In this document: positions 28,992 to 40,200 of the stretch, one piece after another
Layout: every line of letters begins with the position of its first letter
How positions within the stretch are numbered: position 1 is the stretch's first letter
Origin: Cenarchaeum sp.
GTDB taxonomy: Archaea > Thermoproteota > Nitrososphaeria > Nitrososphaerales > Nitrosopumilaceae
DNA length: 64,000 nt
Assembly (NCBI GenBank): GCA_965242695.1
Contig: CBDESU010000001.1
Location: 1,760,001-1,824,000 of the forward strand
Direction: 5' to 3'
The notes under the pieces: generated by a model
Told to the model about the DNA's origin: nothing
The model's input: the letters and a program-made list of their open reading frames with translations, nothing else
The model's database searches: none
Translations under genes and position numbers: made by a program

Positions 28992-30152
28992 CTAAACGAC
29001 CGCCCTCTTCCCCGCGGTGGCCTCGAGCCGCAAAAGCATCTTTTCCAGCGGATTTTGCGCCTCGCATGCGGGACAGCGCACCACATCCGAATAGGGGACG
29101 GCGTCATGATCCACAGGCACGTGTTCTTCCCAGTTCACTTGCACGACATAGCTCGCTTGGCATTCGGGGCATGCCACTTTGACCCTAGACCTGCTCGCTG
29201 TAGGAAGAGATCGCGCCTGTATCGTCCCTTCCTGTGACGAGAACCGGTATATTTGAGACTCGGGAGTCTCGAACAGCTTGTAAGCGGCGGACGCTTCAAA
29301 GCTCATTCGGAGAAGTGTGTGATAGCGAGTTATAGCATCGCAGAGCTCGGCGTCACGGTCGTAGTTTGTTATTTTTACGCGAAGTTTCACCAAGTCGTCG
29401 ATCTTGATCGATCTGTTGTGCGTAAGCCATTTGGACCGGGAGCACAGCGAGGCGGCAACTTCCGCCGCCCTGTTGCGCCTATCCTCGCAGGTGACCGGCC
29501 GGCCGTCGCTGTGCTTGTCCCAAAACTTGAACTTGTAATCTGCAAGCCATCCGGTTACGAGATGCCGCGAGAAGGCCCGTGCGTTTTCACACCTTTGTAT
29601 TTCGCCTGGCGATATGTTTTGAAGGATTGGTATGTACGCAGGGGTCAGGTGCTTCCGGTTTTCCGCCTCCTCCTTGATTTTGGCGAACCCCTCAAGGAAC
29701 GCATCTGCCGAGAACCTCTTGCCGCTGGCAAGTTGGATCTGTCCATCGATCGGGCCCAAGGACGACGAGCGGCCCATGAGGATCTCGTCGCCGGCCATTG
29801 CAAAGATCGTCCCTGCGCTTTTCGCGTACCCAGGAACAATCATGCCAACGCTTTGATACTTGGCGTGTACGAGCTTGATGATGTCTTCGACCACCTCGCC
29901 TAGCCCGCCCGGCGTTTCCAAGACAATGTCGATGCCGTCACCGGACATGTTCTCGAGCTGATCTTGAACGGCAAGAATGTCCGTGTAGTCTATCGCGATT
30001 GGCGTTGCAGGGGGGGCAGAAAGATCGGCGGCAAACACCAGGATATCCCTCCCTCCCCTTAGCTCCGATATGCGAGCCAGCACACGCTTCCGCTCCGCGG
30101 TAAGATCGCGAAAAGTCTTGAACTTGGTCAGGCATTCTGCATAGACTCCCAT
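28992..30152 (-). CDS. ClpP/SDH-family serine protease with C-terminal zinc ribbon
   Basis: LETPGG, AKSAGT, LGPIDGQ, WLTHNRSI, terminal CPEC...CPAC; lower GC than flanks; TTATATA upstream. Confidence 0.82.
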   Translation of the reverse strand: MGVYAECLTKFKTFRDLTAERKRVLARISELRGGRDILVFAADLSAPPATPIAIDYTDILAVQDQLENMSGDGIDIVLETPGGLGEVVEDIIKLVHAKYQSVGMIVPGYAKSAGTIFAMAGDEILMGRSSSLGPIDGQIQLASGKRFSADAFLEGFAKIKEEAENRKHLTPAYIPILQNISPGEIQRCENARAFSRHLVTGWLADYKFKFWDKHSDGRPVTCEDRRNRAAEVAASLCSRSKWLTHNRSIKIDDLVKLRVKITNYDRDAELCDAITRYHTLLRMSFEASAAYKLFETPESQIYRFSSQEGTIQARSLPTASRSRVKVACPECQASYVVQVNWEEHVPVDHDAVPYSDVVRCPACEAQNPLEKMLLRLEATAGKRAVV

Positions 30153-30556
30153 GGCCCCCGTGATCTAGGGCCATATATAAGCCTACGCTTTAGGCGCGGC
30201 GGAGCCGCCCGCCTGCGGGCGAACCCGGCGCGCCCTGTTCTGCTGTCATGCCCTGTGTCGCATCGACAACCGTCTGCTGTACACAGAGCCATTTTGCCTC
30301 AAAGTTGCAAGTCCGTTGTCCGACATATTGCTTGACAGGGGCCGCAAGCAAGGCCGTGGCCCGGCGCAGGCATGGGGCAGGCTGCGCGGTGGGCGCAGGG
30401 GCGCCCAGGCGGCAGGCCCGGGACCGCACCCGTCCCGCGGCCAGCCGCCAGCGCCCGCCCCCGGGCGCAACCCGAGGGAGGGGCGCGCCGCGGCGCAGAA
30501 CGCCCCGCATCCCGCCCGGCCGCCAAATTAATACGCGCCCGCATGCGCGCGCCGGC

Positions 30557-31120
30557 GTGGACAGGTTCGACGTGCACGACATGAGGCTCCTCGACGAGCT
30601 CGTGAGGGACGGGTCCGCCCCGATATCCGGCATGGCAAAGAGGCTCGGCGCCAACGAGTCGTTCGTGTACAGCAGGATGCGGCGCCTCAAGCGGAGGGGC
30701 ATACTCAAGCGGCACACCGTGACCGTAAACGACGAGGTCCTCGGGATCGGCGTGAGGGCGCTAGTCGGCATCAGCCGCAGGCCCGAGCTCAAGGAGGACA
30801 TACACGCCAGCCTCATGGCCATGCCCGAGGTCCAATTCGTCTCAGAGGTGATGGGCCGCTTCGACATAATGGTCGGCATCGTCGCAAGGGACCACGAGGC
30901 GCTCCACCCCGTCCTCATCGACAAGATCGGCAGGATAGAGGGGATCGAGGGCACCGAGACGTTCGTAGAGCTGCAGCGGGTCGAAAAGGACGCGTCGTTC
31001 GCCGACATGTTCAACGCCGGCATGCTCAGGCCCGAGCCCCCCGCGGCCCCGAAGAGGAAGCGCTCGAGGGCCGGCAAGGCCGGGGCGGGCAGCGGCGGCA
31101 GCGGCAACAAGGCATCATAG
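30557..31120 (+). CDS. Lrp/AsnC family transcriptional regulator
   Basis: D..D..LL..L..DG...IS.MA..LG HTH, followed by RAM domain (EV.GRFD, IG.IEGI..TET). Confidence 0.9.
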   Translation: MDRFDVHDMRLLDELVRDGSAPISGMAKRLGANESFVYSRMRRLKRRGILKRHTVTVNDEVLGIGVRALVGISRRPELKEDIHASLMAMPEVQFVSEVMGRFDIMVGIVARDHEALHPVLIDKIGRIEGIEGTETFVELQRVEKDASFADMFNAGMLRPEPPAAPKRKRSRAGKAGAGSGGSGNKAS

Positions 31121-31145
31121 GCCCTGCCAGGGCGGCGGAGGCGGG

Positions 31146-31525
31146 CCGCGGCTAGGCGAACCCTTCATTCCAGGGCCAGGCCCGGCCTGTGGCCGAGGGC
31201 TGAGGGTGGCCGCGGCCATAGCGACGGACTTTGCTGTGTTCAGGTTGCGGTTTCTCTGGGCATACGGGCGGCAGCGTTTGTGGAGTCGCCGAGGGCCGCG
31301 TGCGCCTCTTGACAATCAATGTCGACCAGAGCTTGTCCTGACCAACTGAAGCCGCCTAGAGCCGCCGCTATAGGCGAGCCCTTCATTCTAGGGCCAGGCC
31401 CGGCCTGTGGCCGAGGGCTGAGGGTGGCCGCGGCTAGGCGAACCCTTCGTTCCAAGGCCCTGCCCGGCGGCTGAGGGCGGGTTAAGGCCCCGCGGCTAGG
31501 CAAAGCTTTCGTCCCAGCGGCCCTC
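31146..31525. repeat. degenerate 62-64 bp tandem array containing copies of the rpl11 3' end
   Basis: TAGGCGAACCCTTCATTCCAGGGCC-like copies at 31153, 31371 and 31435 versus the rpl11 end TAGGCAAAGCTTTCGTCCCAGCGGCC at 31497. Confidence 0.8.
31219..31370. mobile_element. putative MITE-like insertion (about 152 bp)
   Basis: Interrupts the array exactly between two units; ends TAGCGACGG / CCGCCGCTA (imperfect inverted repeat), flanked by CA and TA; lower-GC interior. Confidence 0.4.
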
Positions 31526-31978
31526 GTTGATCTCGGCCGTGATCTCCTTTGGCGTCTTCCCCTCGATCTTCAGGCCTAGCGGCAGGCACGTGCCGACGAT
31601 CATCTTGGTGGCGGACTTTAGCGAGCTCGTGTACGAAGACTCCAGCTTTGCTCGTGCGACCCTCACGACCGCATCCATGCCGACCTCGCCGGCCCACACG
31701 GTCCCCGACGCGCCCGACCCCTTTTGGATGCCGGCCTCCTTGAGGAGCAGGGCCGCGACCGACGGGACGCCGATCGCCACCTCCCACTTTTTCGTGCCGG
31801 TGTCGACCGTGACCGTCACGGGCACCTTCATGCCCTCAAAGTCGGACGTCTTTTCGTTGATTGCGTTGATGACCTCCATGATGTTGACGCCAAGAGGCCC
31901 CATTGCGGGGCCGAGCGGAGGGCCCGCCGAGGCCTTGCCCCCCGTGACAAGGGCCGACACCGTCTGGACGTCTGCCAT
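31496..31978 (-). CDS. rpl11: 50S ribosomal protein L11
   Basis: GGKASAGPPLGP..GPLGVN, IN..T.DF.GMKVPV, GTC..LG..IEGK.P. Confidence 0.97.
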   Translation of the reverse strand: MADVQTVSALVTGGKASAGPPLGPAMGPLGVNIMEVINAINEKTSDFEGMKVPVTVTVDTGTKKWEVAIGVPSVAALLLKEAGIQKGSGASGTVWAGEVGMDAVVRVARAKLESSYTSSLKSATKMIVGTCLPLGLKIEGKTPKEITAEINEGRWDESFA

Positions 31979-32188
31979 GGGCGGCCGGCCGGGGCGGAAA
32001 ATTTAACCCTTTGGCGGGGCGGCCGCGGGGAGGCGCGGGCGGGGGACGTATACGGCCCTGCCGCCACCGGCCGCGCTGGAGCGGCCTGCCACTGCGCCGG
32101 GCCGCATGGGACGCCCCGCCGTCCCGGGCAGCGCAGGGGGGAAGAGGGCATGCGGCGGCTCGGGCCGGCCCTTCAAATCGGCCGCAGG

Positions 32189-32366
32189 GTGCGCGCATGC
32201 GATCGGGCGTAGGAGCGTGTGATCACGGCACGACAGGCGCATGGATGGCAGACGGCCCCGTGCGCGCATGCGATCGGGCGTAGGAGCGTGTGATCACGGC
32301 ACGACAGGCGCATGGATGGCAGACGGCCCCGTGCGCGCATGCGATCGGGCGTAGGAGCGTGTGATC
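32189..32366. repeat. 36-bp repeat x3 separated by two identical 35-nt spacers (71-bp period)
   Basis: GTGCGCGCATGCGATCGGGCGTAGGAGCGTGTGATC at 32189, 32260 and 32331. Confidence 0.92.
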
Positions 32367-33045
32367 CGCGGGCCGGCCCTGGCATGCACGGCAGGCGCCT
32401 GGTGCCAGGACGGCGCCGCGGGACGGAGCAGGTGCGGACAGTGTGGGGCGCCGAGGGCCGGCGCACCGAGAACGCCGGTCGAGGGCGCCGAGGGCCGGCG
32501 CGCCCGGGCCGGCTCGAGTCGATCTAGGCAGTAGGAGCAGGCCCAAGGCGACAGGAAGCGAGGATGTATAACCGCCCTAGCGGCAGGCCGGGCCGCGGCA
32601 AAACCCGGCGTTTGCAAAAGGCGAGAAATCCATTCCCCGTGCACGGTAGATCCCGCCGGCGGCGCCGTGGGCTGCTCGCTGGGAATCCAGCTCGAGTAGG
32701 CACTCCGGCGGTGCGGGGGCGGGCGCCGTGAAGCGCAGGGAATTGCGCGCCGGGAATCCATCCCACCGGCGCGCCGCGGATGCTGGCGGGGCGCGGGCGC
32801 GACGCCCTTCCCCTTGCAGGCCGCGCACCAGGCGGCAGACAGTAGAAGGAGTGCGGAATTGCGGGTCCGGCGGGGCGCGGGCGCGGGCATTACAGCACCT
32901 GCGACCGCTGGGCGCCCGGCGCGCCCCTAGGCGCCCATTCCGCGGAGGCCGGACCTGGCTGGGCGCGGCCGCAATGCGCCCCATCTCGCCACAGTGCGAG
33001 CATATCGGGCGCAGGCTGGGCGCGGCACGCGCCGCATCGCCGCTA

Positions 33046-33687
33046 CTACACGACAGGTGCTATCTTTAGGTAGTTTGCGTCGACCGTGACTGGCATCTGG
33101 TACGCCGCCTCGAGCAGGACAACGGTGGCCTCTTCCTTTTCGTGCTCGATGCGCGTAATGGTCGCCCGCATGCCCTTGAAGGGGCCTCCGGTGATCTCGA
33201 CGACCTGGTCCTTTGCAAGCGACGTGACGGTCGACTTTTTGATCAGGTACCCCTCTATGTCCTTGAACTCTAGCTCGCCGCGCAGCTGGCCGCGTATGTG
33301 GCGGACGCCGTCGACGGCCTGGAAGGCGGCGCTCGGGTCGCCCGCCTCGATGACGACGTACCCGCGCAGGTTGTCGACGAGCAGGATCGACTTTACGTTG
33401 AGCTGGCTCGCCTTGGCCTTGGCCTCTAGCGACTTCATGACGATCTTTTCCTGGCCGCCGGTGGTGCGGACCGCGAACAGGTGCGACTCTTCCGAGGGGG
33501 GCGCGGCGTCGGCGGGGCCGACCTTTAGCACCTCGAACGACTGGTTGCACGCGGGGCACTTGCCCTTCTCGCGGCCGACCCTGCCGGTGATGTACAGCCT
33601 GCCTATGGTCTTGCACAGGGGGCACTGCCCCTCGGTCGCGTTCCTAGGCGTGGTGCGGATGATCTTCTGCGTCTTGCGCCTGCCCAC
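33046..33687 (-). CDS. spt5: transcription elongation factor Spt5 with N-terminal Elf1-like zinc ribbon
   Basis: NGN (LFAVRTTGGQE, GYVVIEA) and KOW (VEITGGPFKG) domains, preceded in frame by MGRRK...CPLC-x18-CPAC; CTTATA 24-29 nt upstream of GTG 33687. Confidence 0.93.
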   Translation of the reverse strand: MGRRKTQKIIRTTPRNATEGQCPLCKTIGRLYITGRVGREKGKCPACNQSFEVLKVGPADAAPPSEESHLFAVRTTGGQEKIVMKSLEAKAKASQLNVKSILLVDNLRGYVVIEAGDPSAAFQAVDGVRHIRGQLRGELEFKDIEGYLIKKSTVTSLAKDQVVEITGGPFKGMRATITRIEHEKEEATVVLLEAAYQMPVTVDANYLKIAPVV

Positions 33688-34267
33688 GGGCAATCCAAAT
33701 ACGGGGCGCCTATAAGTCTAAGGGCGGCGCGGCGGGCCCTTACGGGGGCGCCCGTAGCCGCGCCCGGCCCGCCTCCCGCCCAGGCGCAGGGCGGCGGCGG
33801 CGGCTGGCTGGCGGGGAACAGGGCGCCCGTCCGGTGGCCGGCAGGTCACGGCCAGGCCCCATCCAGCCATCGCACAGAGGCGGCGCCCCCTCCACGGCCT
33901 CTGGCATGCCGAGGACGGCATCGATAGGGTCGCGCCAGCCATCGGAGGCGGCGCCCCTTACCTCCCGCCCCCCACGGCATGACGGCAACGGGCATCCTGA
34001 TCGTGCGATCGGGTGCAGTGCATCCTGGCACGGCGCGCGCGGGTGCGGGCATTCCCTCGGCAGGCGTGAGATGCCCGCCCCCGCTCCAGCCGGCCGTGCC
34101 TGCGGCAGATTTCACGCCAAGCCTCGAGTCCAAGGCACTTGCTGAAACGACATCAGCGAGGCAGCCAGCCCGCATGCCCCTCAAGCGCGCTTGCACTGCA
34201 AAAGCCCGGTATGCCACCCTGCTACAGTATCCGGCAACCCGGCATAGATTGATGTCGTCTTCTCGGC

Positions 34268-37200
34268 TCAAGCTACAGTCCGGCGCACTCGACGGCGCCT
34301 GCGGACGGCCCACGCGACGGCGACCGCGCCGGCAGCCGGAGCGCCGGCGTACACCACCGACACGAGCAGCATTGCGGCAATGCCGTACGCGAGCACAGAG
34401 TCCTCAGAGGCCGGATCGGCGTGCGTTGCGACCTGGAGCGTGTAGAGCATCGGCATCATCAGCGCTGCGACGGCCTGGCGGAACGCCGGATGCTCGCGCT
34501 CCAGGTCCGCCACCTGCGGCGAGAATGCATAGTAGGCCGACGAGAATGCAGACATGAAGGCCGAGCCCGATCCCGTCGCAAGGAGCGTCCCGTCCCTGTA
34601 CTCGCGCAGGGCCTGCACCTGCGGGGCAAGCTCGGTCCCGTACGCGGCCGTCGCGATCAGGCAACCCGAGTCGTCATCGTCCGGCGCGGCCGTGCCCGTG
34701 GTCGGCTCGCGGTCCGCATCCTGTGCATCACCCATGCCGTCCTTGGGCTCGGCAACCTTGCCGGCCAAGTGGGCCTCTACGCAGCCGGACGCGACTCCGA
34801 CGGCCTCGCAAATGTCGGCGTACTGGGGGTACGAAGAGTCGAACCACTCGCGATACGCCGGCTGCTCGGCATACCGCTTGACATAGTACGACGCATCGCG
34901 GCCCTCTTCAATCTCAAAGGCGGGGCGCACGAGCTCTGGCTCGGCATCCTCGCCGGCCATTTCGTCCGATGGCTGCGACACTGCGGGGGCATCTGGCTGG
35001 CGCGGCTGATCATCCGTCGGCTCCCTAGCCGGCGCGGGCTCACCGCCGGTTATGTCCTCGACCGACATGCCGGCCGGCTGAGCCGTGCCGTCGCCTGGCG
35101 CGTACTGCCTAAAGACCGTCTCGCCCGTGCAGGCGCCGCCCGTGCGTATTGACTCGGACACCGACGAGACCGCCCTGCCGTCGACCGCGGTTGCCCTGAT
35201 CGAGAATATGCCGTCCGTTGGCAGCGGCGCCTCGTAGATCGTCCGCCCCGACATGTCCTGCACGTCGGCCAGCGTCGCCGGCACCGTACCGGTCGACGAG
35301 ACGACCACGATGTCTGGCGAGCGCATGCCGTCATTTACCGCCATTCGGACGGTGCCGTCGTCGCAGTCCCAAGAGGCAGAGTATAGGACGGGGCCGCCCG
35401 ATCCAGTCGGTATGATCGAGCCGCCGCCGCCGCCTCCGCCGCCACCACGTCCGCCGCCGCTACCTCCGCCGAGGAACGCCGGGCCGGCCTGACCCGCGGG
35501 TCCTGTCGCATCCGGCGGCGGGACGACAACAACCGGCGGTTTCGTGCCGCCGTCACCACCGGTCTCCTTTGGCATGACGGTGACGACCATCGTGTGCATC
35601 TCCATGTCCACGAGCGTCACCGTGCCAAACCTCGTGAGGTGGTACGTGTGGATGACCTTGTCGTCGCCCGAGTCGAGCTGGCACTCGCCAGTCCCATTCA
35701 GCTGATCGTGCACCTCTGACGTGCTGTCGGCCCTGCACATGGTGTTGATCGGCATGACGGCATCGTCGCTGTTGTTCATGTAGAATGCCCTTCCGCCAGC
35801 CTGTCCCTCTAGGAGTATGCGGATGGGGATGGTGAACGTAATGTGTGTCTCGCTATCGCCGATCTCTACGATCTTCCCTATCCGCACGCTGTTATTGCCA
35901 AGGTCTAGCGCCGCGATCACGTCGTCCGCCTCGGGGCGCTCGTTGCCAGAGACGACGTACAGCTCCAGATTGCCGTCTGCCGGAACAGACATGGCCGTCG
36001 CGTTCGGCGGGATCACAACCTGGGCAAACGTGGTCGTCACGGTAATGTTCCTAGAGTCTGGGAACCTCACCGTGTTGTTGGCGGGGTCGGACACGAGAGG
36101 AGTGTCGCTCAGGCCCGTAATATCGATCCCTATGCGCGCAGTGTCGTTGCCGCGCGTAGTGACCTCGCTGACAATGCTGTCGCGTGCGATCTGCACGGTT
36201 CCGCTATCCTGCAGGGTTATTGTCCTGCTAAGAGCCCGTACAGGGATCGTGTCGTTGGTGAATGTGTATGTGATATTGCCTCTAATTCCTTCCAGGTCCT
36301 TGTTCAGCGCAATTTCTCCCGCCTGCATCTCGGCCACGCTACCGTTAAACGTGACCGTATGTGCTTCGGTCCCCAAGCCGGTTACATCTATCGTGGGCGC
36401 ATCCAAGCCCGCCTCGCTGGTTACACGGCCGTACGCATCGCGGGGCCCATCAAGCGGCCCTGTGTAGCTGATCACCGCCTTGTTGCTCGATATGAACTGC
36501 GCATCGGCCAATACTTCGACTTCGGTGCGGGTGGGCGGAGTGACCACCGTTGGCGGCGGTGCAATAGTGGCATTGATATCCACAGTGACAGGCTCGTTTA
36601 CAATGCCCTCGAACCACGCCCCTCCCGCTTCGGTGCTGTGTGCCCTGACAGACACCAGCATCTTCGTGCCGTTCGGCAACGGCGCATGGCCTATCACGTG
36701 CGTCGTGGCGGCATTCGCGCTGACACCGGCGATTGGTATTACCGTGCCGTTCTCATACGTGATGGCATAGTGGTATGCCGCAGGCGGGATCGTGCCGTTG
36801 ACCCCCTGCGAGGCATCGTGCGTGTCAATGGGGTGCGTGTAGTCCGCCTCCAACGCGATTCCGTTCGAGGTGATCCGGGTAAGGGTCGCGGGCGTTGTAC
36901 TCCGCCCGTCCGAGGTGGCAAGCACGGCCAAGGGCTGCGACGTTCCCTCGTACGTGTAGCCAGACCCCTCGTCGTCAAGCGCAGATATGGTCACCAGTAC
37001 CCACGTGCCGTTGCTTAGCACCTCGTGCTCAACCATGTGGGTTTTGCTACCGCTTCCGGTGATGTTTGTGATCGCGACCGTCTGGTCGTTTTCCTGTATG
37101 CGGATCGTGTAGTCGTCGATCGCCGCATCGACGGGGCTCGTGTACGTGGCCGTTAGCATGCCTTGGGCGGACTTGATCGATTCTAGGCCCGCCCTCATCG

Positions 37201-40200
37201 ATGTTTCTGCGATCGAGCCATCGCCGCCTATCTTCTGGTTGACGGCACCGGCAAACGCAACGTATCCATCGGGGTTGTCGAGCTGCCCAATGTCGATCGT
37301 GCCCGTCGCGCCGGCCGCAGCTGCAGTTCCATTGAATACTAGAACGTGCTCGGCAGTGCCGCTTCCGCTCACGCTCATGACTGCACGCGATCCGCCCGGC
37401 GCAAGATCTAGTCCCGTGTAGTCCGAGGTGTCGGCGTCGACGGCCCCCGTGTAGTTGATCGTGATGTTGTTGCCCGACGTGATAGAGGCGGACCGCAGAC
37501 GAACCATGTCGGGCGCAGGGAACGGATCCATCCCGACAGCTGCGGGATAGTTTCCAAAGCCGATCGTGTCGCCGTTTGCGTTTGCGGCAAATCCCTGCTG
37601 GATATTAACACGAAGACCCTGGTATCCCCCGCTCACAGTGTGGTTCAGCAATGCTTCGCGGAGCACTGTGGAATAATCGATTGTGGTGTTTGACGGGAGC
37701 ATTGTAATGATGTTCGCATTTTTGTTCCCATCTAGATCAATGTCCTCATTATAGCCCGTATAGTTGCCCCACTGTAGTGCAAGAACCGGCACTGGTATGT
37801 AAGACGTCATACCTGCGATCTTTATTCCAATGCGCTCGCTCCCGTTAATGGTAATCACTTCCGTGTTTTTATCAGGCCGATAGTCGTACGATGTACCATT
37901 CCATCTCATCGGTATGGACACCTTTGAGAGGTCGATGCTGGACACGTCGACTGCCTCGTTGAGGTAGAGCTGAAGCACCATGTGATCCGAGAGGATGTGT
38001 AGGTACGGATTGGTCGTCGGAGTGTAGGAACCCGCACTCAGGCTGGAGATGTCCACAAGCGCCGAGCCCGACAGAACCACGCTTGCGGTACTCGCATTGT
38101 TGATGTACTGCTGATCGTAGAGATACGCGTCTGCCCCCCTGTACGCAACGCCGATATTTGCTATCGGGTCGCCGTTTGTTCCCAATGTGCCGTCCGAGCC
38201 GGTCACGCTTGCGGTGATCACCAAGCTGGTGCGGGCGTCATCTGGAATGTCTTCGGCAAGCGTTATCATGTGATGCGTGCCCGGCATCTGCATCATGCGG
38301 CAAAGAGATTCAAAGTTTGAAGATGCGTTAGTGACCCCTCCCCTAGCTACGCGCCCTGTCTCCTCATCAAGCACAATTCCGAACGGCGTGGAATAGAACT
38401 CGCATTCCGTGGCCGTCTCGCCGGAATGGACATTCAGATGCTCGACGCCCACCAAGGTACTGACCTCGTCGGACATTACAAGCCACTGGTTCTTGTATAC
38501 GACTACATCGTGATCAGATGCTGAATTATTCCACCCGGCGGCATACCACTTGGCGCCGCCAGCCCATGCGCCCGTATAGTTTACGCCCGTGTAGTTTCCG
38601 ACCCAGTCCTCCAGTCCCCAACTGCTTTTCTCCAAGTCGACAACCTGCACGAATATCTCCGCGCCGTTCGAGAGGAGGAGCCGGCCGACATAACTTCCAT
38701 CTCCATCGCCCCTAACTTGACCAATATTATTAGGCGGCGTCACATCCGGGTTGCGCCAGTCGCCATGGAATCCCACAATGTCCGCCCTGTCCAGTACGAC
38801 GGGCTGGCTGAAACTACGACCGAGCGTCGACATGGTCCCTGTACGCACCATCGATACGTCCACTTCTGTCGGCTGCCCGTCGTTGTCGTACACTACTACT
38901 TTTTGGTACCCCGACAGCGGACCGACCGTGGGCTGGTCGTACTCTACAACGACGGTGCGATCCCCAGTGATCCTCGCAGACACTACTCTTGGCAGCTGCT
39001 CGTCGTAGACAAACTCGTTCGTATAGTCGCGGCCCACCGGCGTGTTGTCGAGCTGGGCAAGGCCCGTCACGTTGATCAGGCCATATGCAGACCTTCCGAC
39101 GCCGCTGCTGCCGTTTATCGTCAGCTTGTGCAGGGCGGTGCCGTTGCCCTCGACGCCCACAATGTCGAGACTTACGAACGTGCCGTTGTAGTTTGTGCTG
39201 TTGTATGTCCACGAGTAGTCGAATTTTTCAGAGGCGTTGGCATACGGCATGCTAGCCGCGCTTGCAAGCACGGAATATCCGCCATCCGGTACCCACGCGC
39301 TCGCGTTGTACGAGACCGTCACCTCGTTGTAGCCGGTAAACCTGGCCGCGATCATCCACGGCGCGCCGTCCATATTGCGCGCATCTGTGATTGGAATATC
39401 CTCGACGGCCAGCATAGTGTTGCCATTCAGGTCGGTCACGCCGACAATGCCGATGACACCCGCTGCTACAGAACCTCTTGCCACCAATGGAATTGGCCTA
39501 TCTGGCATGTCGAGCATGAGGGTGTGCATAGCGGTCCCGTTGCCAGCAACGACGGCGGTCACGGTGCGGTTTCTGGCATCGAATTGAAGATAGTCCGAGG
39601 CAATGGTGATAGCCTCGTAGTTGGCGGGCGACGAGTGGACGGGCTCGCTGAATGTGACGTTGATTGACAGGGGGCCCACGATCTCTGCGCGGATCGGCCT
39701 AGGCGCCATCCCGTCATCTACCACGACCGGGTTGTCCAAAAGGGCATTCCCTATTACATATGTTCCATTAACAAGGTACTGCGAGGCATCCTTGACGTTG
39801 CTTCCATTGATGTTCAACATGCTTATTTCGTCCAAGGACACAGACGATTCCAAGCCCAGCACATGCTGTACGGCAGTCTCCAGCGGGGCAATGGCAAGGC
39901 CGTCGCCATCGCCGCTCACAACAGATGTGACAGCTACAGTGCCGCCGCCAGCAAGTGTGATGGAATAGTCGGCATAGCTTGCGTATGAGACGGGCTCGTC
40001 GTAAGCGACAGCCAAGGTTCTGTCCGAGGTGAGCTTTGCAGAGACCACTGCTGGGCGCTGGGCGTCGTAAACTGGTTCGTAAACAAACGTCGTGGGATCA
40101 TCCCAATCGGAAGCCCAGCCAGACCACAGTACGTTGCTAGCGTTGGTTATCCTGCCGACATATATGCCCGCATCGGCGGCATTTTTTGCAACCGGCGGGC

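Noticed and set aside
30228-30345. Possible MITE upstream of the protease gene
   Set aside because: Only a ~6-bp inverted match (CCCTGT/ACAGGG), with no clear target duplication or second copy.
32189-32366. Canonical CRISPR array
   Set aside because: Spacers are identical, there is no AT-rich leader, no cas gene lies in the window, and the repeat is not shared with other units.
32669-32760. Further 71-bp-period pair (GGGAATCCA at 32681 and 32752)
   Set aside because: Match too short and degenerate to support alone, although its period fits the pattern.
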